From Patescibacteria group bacterium (GTDB lineage: Bacteria; Patescibacteriota; Kazan-3B-28; UBA10110), in assembly GCA_041659905.1 (NCBI GenBank), contig JBAZXK010000003.1:1-60094 (forward strand): 60,094 nucleotides of DNA. Direction: 5' to 3'. Position numbers and translations under genes: made by a program. Each line of letters begins with the position of its first letter. The first letter of the stretch is position 1. Positions 28,470 through 34,776 of this stretch are shown here, in pieces. Below the pieces are notes generated by a model, which worked only from the letters and a program-made list of their open reading frames with translations, was not told where the DNA came from and did no database searches.

Positions 28470-29678
28470 ATGAAGACTGCTGTTTTTGCCACACCTCTAG
28501 CCGATCGGATGCGCCCAGCCACGCTGGAGGGGTTTTTTGGTCAGGAAGAATTAGTCGGGGATAAATCTTTTTTGCGGGAAGCTATTAAAGCCGACAATGT
28601 GCCATCAATGATTCTCTGGGGCCCGCCGGGGAGTGGCAAAACTACTTTGGCGTATATTATCTCTCAACAAACTCATGCCGAGTTTGTAAAATTATCAGCA
28701 GTTAATAGTGGCCTAAAAGATCTTCGGTTTATTTTTGAACAAGCTGAATACAATCAGCGTCTAGGTAAAAAGACCATTTTGTTTATTGACGAAATTCATC
28801 GCTGGAATAAAGCCCAGCAAGATGCATTATTGCCGTATGTCGAAAAAGGTACAGTAACTCTAATTGGTGCGACCACCGAAAATCCTAGTTTCGAAATTAA
28901 TTCAGCTTTGATTTCTCGCACCCGGGTGCTAGTGTTGCAAAAATTAGACAAGGAGGCCATTAAGCAAATTTTAAATCATGCCATTGCAGACAAAACTAAG
29001 GGTCTCGGTGATACTAAGATAGAAATTAATGATGACAGCTTGGATTTGATAGCTCGCTTAGCTAATGGTGATGCGCGCATGGCGTTAAATACTTTAGAAG
29101 TTTGTGCGGAGCAACATCAACCGATTACGCTTGAACTAGTCAAACAAGTCCTACAAAAAATGCACCTGATGTACGACAAGGACGGTGAAGAACATTACAA
29201 TATTATTTCGGCTCTGCATAAATCGCTCCGAGGTGGGGATGCCCATGCTTCGCTGTATTGGCTGACTAGGATGCTGGAAGCGGGGGAAGACCCCTTGTAT
29301 GTCGCTCGGCGACTGGTCAGGTTTGCCTCCGAAGATGTGGGACTGGCAGATAATTTTGCGGTGGTTTTAGCTAATAATGTGTTTGAAGTATGTCAAAAAC
29401 TGGGGATGCCAGAATGCTCGGTCCATTTAACTCAATTAGTCATTTATTTAGCTAAAGCTAAGAAAAACATTGTGGCTTATCAGGCATATGGATTAGCTAA
29501 ACGCGATGTGGAACAATTTGGTAATTTGCCAGTGCCACTTCATATCCGGAATGCGCCAACTAAATTAATGAAAGAACTCAATTACGGCAAAGATTATAAA
29601 TACACTCCCATGGAAGGCCAAACCGATTTATCGTATTTGCCCGAAGAGCTCAAAGCCCGCAAATACTTCAAAGAATAA
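28470..29678 (+). CDS. rarA: replication-associated recombination protein A (MgsA/RarA AAA+ ATPase)
   Basis: GPPGSGKTT, IDEIHRWNKAQQDALLP, GATTENPSF, and a C-terminal MgsA_C-like region (HYNIISALHKSLRGGD..ALYWL). Confidence 0.9.
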   Translation: MKTAVFATPLADRMRPATLEGFFGQEELVGDKSFLREAIKADNVPSMILWGPPGSGKTTLAYIISQQTHAEFVKLSAVNSGLKDLRFIFEQAEYNQRLGKKTILFIDEIHRWNKAQQDALLPYVEKGTVTLIGATTENPSFEINSALISRTRVLVLQKLDKEAIKQILNHAIADKTKGLGDTKIEINDDSLDLIARLANGDARMALNTLEVCAEQHQPITLELVKQVLQKMHLMYDKDGEEHYNIISALHKSLRGGDAHASLYWLTRMLEAGEDPLYVARRLVRFASEDVGLADNFAVVLANNVFEVCQKLGMPECSVHLTQLVIYLAKAKKNIVAYQAYGLAKRDVEQFGNLPVPLHIRNAPTKLMKELNYGKDYKYTPMEGQTDLSYLPEELKARKYFKE

Positions 29679-29690
29679 CTCTCTTTTTCT

Positions 29691-29716
29691 GTCATCCTGA
29701 GCGAAGTCGAAGGATC
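29691..29716. repeat. hairpin repeat module gtcatcctgagcgaagtcgaaggatc
   Basis: It opens a mosaic repeat block (29691-29800) that also holds the inverted form of the 18-nt palindrome (ctgcctgccggtaggcag, 29764-29781), nested in accactttg/caaagtggt arms. Confidence 0.6.
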
Positions 29717-29992
29717 TGTTGCTTTCCAAAGCAACCCAATTCTTTCGCTACCACTTTGCTCGCCTGCCTGCCGGTAGGCAGGTCCAAAGTGGTAGTGCCG
29801 TGTGGACGGCCAAGTCGTCGGGATTATTCAATGGCAAAATCTCTGGGTGTTAACAGGCCAAACTCCCCCTCACTAATTTGCTTTGGCATAATTAGTGAGG
29901 GGTCAAACATGGCCTCACCCACAGAGATTTTCCTCATTTCAGCACATCCCTCCTCCAATGGCTTAGCAGGAAAAATCTATTGAACTTCCACA

Positions 29993-30026
29993 GACATGAA
30001 ATACAACGGTCGTTGTATTTCATGTC
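29993..30026. repeat. perfect 34-nt palindrome (16-bp arms)
   Basis: gacatgaaatacaacg-gt-cgttgtatttcatgtc, about 175 nt upstream of the DGR target gene. Confidence 0.9.
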
Positions 30027-30200
30027 TTATGTAGAGTTTCAACGGCTCAACGCGTTGATCCGTTAAAAATCAGGTCTGGGAGCTGAAAACTCTTGACTGG
30101 GAGCGGATTTTGTGGTAAGTTAAAAGTATAAGGTGGAGTTGTTCCAAACAACTAAATCAAACCACCAGCACCTAAACAAGGTGATAAGGGAGACTACCTG

Positions 30201-30887
30201 ATGACACATCAGCCTACCTCTAATCCAGCTGACAAGGAAAATACCGTCAGTGAAGGTCTTGCTATCCATTTGGATCGCATGATTGAAGACGCCACTCGGA
30301 AGTATCCAGGTGGAACAGCCAAGGCCAATCTTGCGAAAGGCCATCCTGGCTTTGTCAAACGGCTCTGGGAGATCTTCGACGAACTGGCCGACGAGCAGGC
30401 CCTGCATCTGCCGATCATCGAGCGTCCGGCATGGAAGGTTCTGCAACGAACCTGCAACGATGCGAAGAGTTACATCTCCGCACTCGAATCGGGCGGATAC
30501 AAGATCGGTAACTGGGCCAGAGACATCATGAACAAACTGGCCTTTATGGCAGGATTCGATGTCAACAGCGTCGAACTGATGTTAGCTACTACCAAGGAAC
30601 TGACTGGCAAAGACACAGCTACTACTACTGAGATCTTTGATGCCATCCGAAAAGTTGGCAGTCTTTGCCCGGCATGGGCAGGACCTGAATTGCGCAAGCA
30701 ATACAGTGACCAGCCCAATGGCGAGTGGTTACGCATCGCCATGGAACCCATCGTGGATTCCAATGGCGGTCCGGGCCTCTTCAGCGTTGAGCGCGATGGC
30801 AGCGGCCTGTGGTTGGACTACTACTTTGACGTCCCCGACCACTTCTGGCATGCCGATGACCGGTGGGTCTTCTGCCGTCGCAAGTAA
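30201..30887 (+). CDS. DGR variable (target) protein, no signal peptide; VR forms the C-terminal 43 codons
   Basis: 228 aa. SD aagggag lies upstream. The C-terminus is VDSNGGPGLFSVERDGSGLWLDYYFDVPDHFWHADDRWVFCRRK. The gene is visibly GC-richer than its neighbours, which produces many spurious overlapping ORFs. Confidence 0.85.
   Translation: MTHQPTSNPADKENTVSEGLAIHLDRMIEDATRKYPGGTAKANLAKGHPGFVKRLWEIFDELADEQALHLPIIERPAWKVLQRTCNDAKSYISALESGGYKIGNWARDIMNKLAFMAGFDVNSVELMLATTKELTGKDTATTTEIFDAIRKVGSLCPAWAGPELRKQYSDQPNGEWLRIAMEPIVDSNGGPGLFSVERDGSGLWLDYYFDVPDHFWHADDRWVFCRRK
30753..30881 (+). repeat. DGR variable region (VR)
   Basis: A 129-nt match to 31226-31354 with 18 mismatches, all at TR adenines. 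It starts on a codon boundary and ends 3 nt before the stop codon. Confidence 0.9.
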
Positions 30888-30937
30888 CTCTTGGCACTTT
30901 GCTCTTTGCCCTTTTGGGCCCTTTGAACTTGACTCTT

Positions 30938-30965
30938 ACCCGCGTTCGCAAGAACGCGGGTTTTC
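30938..30965 (+). terminator. rho-independent terminator after the target gene
   Basis: acccgcgttc-gcaa-gaacgcgggt followed by tttt. Confidence 0.7.
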
Positions 30966-31225
30966 TGTATCTGGTAAACTAAATATGGAATTAGGCAAAT
31001 AATGCCAGCGATCACGGTTGTTGGCGGCCGAACCCAGTATCCATGCAATGAGAATATTCTCGACCAAGGTTTGGAATAGAGGTTGCATGCAGAAACTTCA
31101 AAAAATGAAGATACTTGGTGAAAGATATTCAGGCATTGAAGATGCCGCATAAAATACAACTCTAAAATCCTGCCGCTAGTTGGGTGGATCAAGGAGTGGT
31201 GACAAAGGATAATATCTTTCACGAC

Positions 31226-31354
31226 GTGGATTCCAATGGCGATCCGAACATCTTCAACGTTGAACACGATGACAACGACCTGTGGTTGAACTACAACTAT
31301 GACAACCCCGACAACTTCTGGAATGCCGATAACCGGTGGGTCTTCTGCCGTCGC
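31226..31354 (+). repeat. DGR template region (TR)
   Basis: Non-coding copy of VR, rich in AAC/AAT triplets (34 adenines). It would read VDSNGDPNIFNVEHDDNDLWLNYNYDNPDNFWNADNRWVFCRR. Confidence 0.9.
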
Positions 31355-31356
31355 TA

Positions 31357-31725
31357 CTATCTTTGTTTCTCTCCTGGGCATCCGGGAGAGTTTTGTTTGT
31401 TGAGTTGGCCTAACCAACCTCCCAGCATTTTGCCGATTTCATCCAGAGGCGTGGACAGGGCTATATACTTTTTGCCATCTAATGATTCAGTTTCCCAGAG
31501 AATCATTAAAAACACCTTGATGGTATCCAGTTTACGAATTGCCAATTTTACATAAGGAGCTTTCTCAGTGCGCGGAAGAAAACCTGCTTCAGCTACCGCC
31601 TCAATTATGGCAGTAAATAAGTTATCCACCTTTATCCCCAAAGAGTACCGATGGGTTTTAGGCAAGGTGTTATGATAGCCGTGCCAGAGGATGTAAGCAT
31701 CCTTCAGCTTTTGTAATACCGGCAA
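31357..31725 (-). CDS. avd: Avd-like accessory variability determinant (four-helix-bundle protein, 23S-rRNA-IVS-protein family)
   Basis: 122 aa from a TTG start. YSLGIKVDNLFTAIIEAVAEA...YVKLAIRKLDTIKVFLMILWE...LDEIGKMLGGWL has the helical heptad pattern of this family. The gene sits between TR and the RT but on the opposite strand. Confidence 0.75.
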   Translation of the reverse strand: MPVLQKLKDAYILWHGYHNTLPKTHRYSLGIKVDNLFTAIIEAVAEAGFLPRTEKAPYVKLAIRKLDTIKVFLMILWETESLDGKKYIALSTPLDEIGKMLGGWLGQLNKQNSPGCPGEKQR

Positions 31726-31730
31726 CAGAA

Positions 31731-31756
31731 GTGTGTGTGTGTGTGTGTGTGTGTGT
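31731..31756. repeat. (GT)13 dinucleotide microsatellite
   Basis: 26 nt of perfect GT repeats, 5 nt from the avd TTG start codon and 19 nt upstream of the RT ATG. Confidence 0.98.
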
Positions 31757-31775
31757 GGATATCTTTACTTGCCAT

Positions 31776-32882
31776 ATGAAAATTTCTAAAGGATATTATG
31801 AAAATATTATCTCACTTGAAAACCTGCTTGGAGCTTGGCAGGAGTTTGCGGTAGACAAACATTCAAGAAAAGATGTGCAACAGTTCCAAAGAGACTTGAT
31901 GGCTAATATTATTGAATTGCACCGAGATTTAGAATCTGGCGACTATCGCCATTCAGCTTATAGCCCATTTAAGATATCCGATCCTAAACCCCGAAACATT
32001 CATAAGGCAAGTGTTAGAGACAGATTGCTTCATAGGGCAATTTACCGAGTCCTATATCCAATTTGGGATAAAACTTTTATCTATGACAGTTATTCCTGCC
32101 GGAATAACAAAGGCACTCATAAGGCGTTTACTAAACTAGAGAATGTCTCCAGAAAGATAAGCAAGAATTATACCCACCCCTGTTTTGCCCTCAAGCTGGA
32201 TATCCGCAAGTTCTTTGACAGCATAGACCATGAAATACTAATGGGCTTATTGCGCGAGAGAATTGAGGATAAGAAATTATTAGAGTTATTGGAAAATATT
32301 ATTCAGAGCTTTTCTGTCTGTCATGCTGAATTTATTTCTCGTCATTCTGGGGAGCCTCTAAAGGCGACTCCAGAATCGTATAATAATCAATCTATACGAT
32401 CCTGGACAAGCCAGGATGACGCAGAAAGCAGGGGTATGCCATTGGGAAATCTCACCTCACAGTTATTCGCTAATGTTTATTTAGACCCGCTGGATAAGTT
32501 TGCTAAACATCATTTGAAAGCCAAGCATTATCTCCGGTATGCCGATGATTTTGTCTTTCTGTCTGATAACCCGGATGAATTACTGGGTTATCTGATAGAA
32601 GTAAATCGGTTTCTGAAAGCTAAGCTCAAGCTGAATATCCATCCCAATAAGATATATTTAAGAAAACTTAATTGGGGCATAGATTATGTCGGTTATGTGG
32701 CCTTACCTCACTATGCCATTCCCAGAAAGAAAACTGTCAAACGAATCTTCAAAAAATTAATCTATCTCAAAGAGTATTGCCCAGAGCGAATCCCAGTAAC
32801 CATGCCATCTTATTTGGGGTATTTAAGGCATGCAGATACCCATCATTTAGTATGCTGTTTACTGCAAAGATTTTCCGAATGA
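31776..32882 (+). CDS. DGR-type reverse transcriptase
   Basis: PRNIHKASVRDRLLH (motif 1), LDIRKFFDSIDH (motif A), MPLGNLTSQLFANVYL (the SQ-containing motif B typical of DGR RTs), YLRYADDFVF (YxDD). The ATG at 31776 is preferred over the GTG at 31731 inside the GT repeat. Confidence 0.88.
   Translation: MKISKGYYENIISLENLLGAWQEFAVDKHSRKDVQQFQRDLMANIIELHRDLESGDYRHSAYSPFKISDPKPRNIHKASVRDRLLHRAIYRVLYPIWDKTFIYDSYSCRNNKGTHKAFTKLENVSRKISKNYTHPCFALKLDIRKFFDSIDHEILMGLLRERIEDKKLLELLENIIQSFSVCHAEFISRHSGEPLKATPESYNNQSIRSWTSQDDAESRGMPLGNLTSQLFANVYLDPLDKFAKHHLKAKHYLRYADDFVFLSDNPDELLGYLIEVNRFLKAKLKLNIHPNKIYLRKLNWGIDYVGYVALPHYAIPRKKTVKRIFKKLIYLKEYCPERIPVTMPSYLGYLRHADTHHLVCCLLQRFSE
32319..32422. repeat. in-frame insertion of a MITE-like repeat inside the RT gene
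   Basis: gtcatgctgaatttatttc...gtcattctgg...cctggacaagccaggatgac uses the same modules as intergenic repeats at 21567, 41367, 46845 and 47158. It encodes roughly 35 extra residues (VCHAEFISRHSGEPLKATPESYNNQSIRSWTSQDD) between RT motifs A and B. Confidence 0.65.
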
Positions 32883-32922
32883 TTAAGAATAAGTTGGCGT
32901 GGTTTCAGGAGCGTGATAATAT

Positions 32923-32947
32923 ATACCTATACCTATGGTGGAGGTAT
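32923..32947. promoter_or_regulatory. candidate CsoR operator overlapping a -10-like element
   Basis: atacct-N13-aggtat inverted repeat (tacc...ggta core) just downstream of tgataat (32914-32920) and upstream of csoR. Confidence 0.3.
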
Positions 32948-32969
32948 GTTATATTCTAAAACTACGCAT

Positions 32970-33248
32970 ATGCAAACAGAGAACAAAAAACAGGAAAGTT
33001 TGGTGAGTTTCAAAAAAGCCCACAGCCATTTAGGAAATATTATCAAAATGGTGGAGCGGGGGGATTATTGTATCGACATTATGCAACAGAACTTAGCTGT
33101 AATCGGCCTCCTAAAATCCGCCCATGCCAAATTAATGGAGAATCATCTTAAGGGCTGTTTTACTAACGCTATCCAAACCAACAGCACGGCCAAGAAAGAA
33201 AAGATGATTGAAGAGATTCTGAGTGTTACTAAGATGTTTAATAAGTAA
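32970..33248 (+). CDS. csoR: CsoR/RcnR-family metal-sensing transcriptional repressor
   Basis: A roughly 92-aa helical protein. KKAHSHLGNIIKMVERGDYCIDIMQQNLAVIGLLKSAHAKLMENHLKGC fits the DUF156 pattern with Cys/His/Cys ligand positions. The start is uncertain (32913, 32946 or 32970). Confidence 0.75.
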   Translation: MQTENKKQESLVSFKKAHSHLGNIIKMVERGDYCIDIMQQNLAVIGLLKSAHAKLMENHLKGCFTNAIQTNSTAKKEKMIEEILSVTKMFNK

Positions 33249-33394
33249 GAAGTAACCCCTCTCCGCCAGTTGGCGGATTCGCTCGGGGGATAATAGTTCT
33301 CATTTCATTCGAACAGTAATAATTTTATTTTTCGAGTGAAATCGCTTTCTGCGATGGAGTCGAGAAATTATATATAAGAAAGAGAGAGTTATAT

Positions 33395-34756
33395 ATGCAA
33401 AAACACACCTACTATGTCAAAGGTATGCACTGCGCTTCCTGTGAGATCTTAATTGAAAAAGAACTCTTGTCTTTCCCCAGTGTTGAACTTGCGGATGCAA
33501 CTCTCACCAACGGGCAGGTTAATATAGGTTTCAAACATGACAGGCCGAGTCTTGAGAAATTGAATGAATTATTCAGGGAAAACGGATATGTTTTTTCGGA
33601 CCACCCTTTCCCTAAAGAAAGCTCGGATTGGTTAAAGCCGATCCTCTGGGCCGGGCTGATTATTACAATTTTTATTCTGGTAATAAAATTAGGTTTGGCT
33701 TCTTTTGTCAGCGTCAATTCCCAGAGTTCTTTGGGAGTATTCTTTATCTTTGGTTTGTTGGCGGGAATTTCCGGTTGTGCCGCCCTGATCGGCGGGCTGG
33801 TACTGTCTCTCTCAAAACAATGGCTGGAAATGTACAGCCCTTCTGCCAGCTTAACTGCAAAAATGATTCCGCATACTCTATTTAATGTCGGACGCATTAT
33901 TTCTTATGGTCTTTTAGGGCTGGCTCTGGGATTTCTGGGAGAAAGAATTCAATTCTCTCCAGTTATTACAGCTGTAATCGTGTTGGCCGTATCAGGACTC
34001 ATGTTGTTGTTGGCCTTACAGATGATGGGAGTTAAAACATTTAGTCGATTGCGCATAGCTTTGCCTAAAAACCTGACTGGGAAAATTTACGCAGGAGAGC
34101 GGAAGGGCGGTTGGTTCTATCCTTTGTTTGTTGGGTTTTTGACAGTGTTGCTTCCTTGCGGTTTTACAATTATTGCGGAAGGAGCGGCTATCTTATCCGG
34201 GTCCCCATGGCGCGGATTGTTGATTATGTTTTTCTTTGTTTTAGGTACGATGTTACCGCTAATGGCCATCGGGGCCTCCAGCGTCAAACTGGGGAGTAAT
34301 CAAAAATCTTCCGAAGCATTTTTAAAGACGGCCGGGCTGCTAATTATTTTCTTTATTATATTTAATTTGAATACTCAATTTGGCCTGGTGCGATATCTAT
34401 CAAATTTTATAAGCAACCTGGGAGCTGTTGAGAATTTGGAGGGTCAATCAGGAAATAACGCATTGCCGATACCGGATACCACCCAAGTGATTAAAGCAAT
34501 TTATTCGGACGCCAAAGGGTTGAACCCGAATTCTTTTACTATCAAAGTTGGCCAACCGGTGCGACTGGAGATAGAAGTGAAGGATGATGTCTACGGTTGC
34601 ATGAGCACTATTTTAATTCCGGGATTATGGGATCAACCCGAATTGATGCGCAAAGGCAAAACTGTGGTGATGGAATTTACTGTCCGCCGATCAGACACTT
34701 TCCCGATCACTTGCGCTATGGGAGTGCCTTGGGGCACCATCAAAGCTATTTATTAA
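33395..34756 (+). CDS. fusion membrane protein: N-terminal HMA (MxCxxC) domain, polytopic TauE/DsbD_2-like core, C-terminal cupredoxin-like domain
   Basis: [19 protein letters not shown], multiple TM helices, and a C-terminal beta domain (IKVGQPVRLEIEVKDDVYGCMSTILIPGL...FPITCAMG). Confidence 0.65.
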   Translation: MQKHTYYVKGMHCASCEILIEKELLSFPSVELADATLTNGQVNIGFKHDRPSLEKLNELFRENGYVFSDHPFPKESSDWLKPILWAGLIITIFILVIKLGLASFVSVNSQSSLGVFFIFGLLAGISGCAALIGGLVLSLSKQWLEMYSPSASLTAKMIPHTLFNVGRIISYGLLGLALGFLGERIQFSPVITAVIVLAVSGLMLLLALQMMGVKTFSRLRIALPKNLTGKIYAGERKGGWFYPLFVGFLTVLLPCGFTIIAEGAAILSGSPWRGLLIMFFFVLGTMLPLMAIGASSVKLGSNQKSSEAFLKTAGLLIIFFIIFNLNTQFGLVRYLSNFISNLGAVENLEGQSGNNALPIPDTTQVIKAIYSDAKGLNPNSFTIKVGQPVRLEIEVKDDVYGCMSTILIPGLWDQPELMRKGKTVVMEFTVRRSDTFPITCAMGVPWGTIKAIY

Positions 34757-34776
34757 TAATCCAATAAATCGTAATT

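Larger units (their letters stand above)
30201..32882 (+). mobile_element. diversity-generating retroelement (DGR) cassette: target gene with VR, TR, avd (inverted), RT
   Basis: See the component features. The VR/TR pair shows adenine-only mismatches, and an Avd-like four-helix protein and a DGR-type RT are present. Confidence 0.9.

Noticed and set aside
29756-29983. 75-aa ORF after rarA.
   Set aside because: It starts inside the palindromic repeat block and spans long hairpins. It has no SD.
30120-31555. Seven overlapping ORFs from the track (30120..30446-, 30209..30457-, 30283..30531+, 30470..30763-, 30637..31002+, 30821..31417-, 31184..31555+).
   Set aside because: They overlap the DGR target gene or read through TR and antisense avd. 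The target is GC-rich and TR is AAC-rich, so stop codons are scarce in all frames. Only 30201..30887 has an SD, ends with the VR and fits DGR logic.
31731-31775. RT N-terminal extension MCVCVCVCVDIFTCH from the GTG at 31731.
   Set aside because: This is the translation of the (GT)13 microsatellite. RT homology begins after the ATG at 31776. It is kept only as a possibility within the phase-variation finding.
31776-32882. Alternative readings of the RT as a retron RT or a group II intron maturase.
   Set aside because: A cognate TR/VR pair with adenine-only differences and an Avd gene are present. Motif B carries the DGR-type SQ..N signature. I see no maturase/X domain or En domain, no intron domain V/VI-like RNA, and no msr/msd-like inverted repeats next to the gene.
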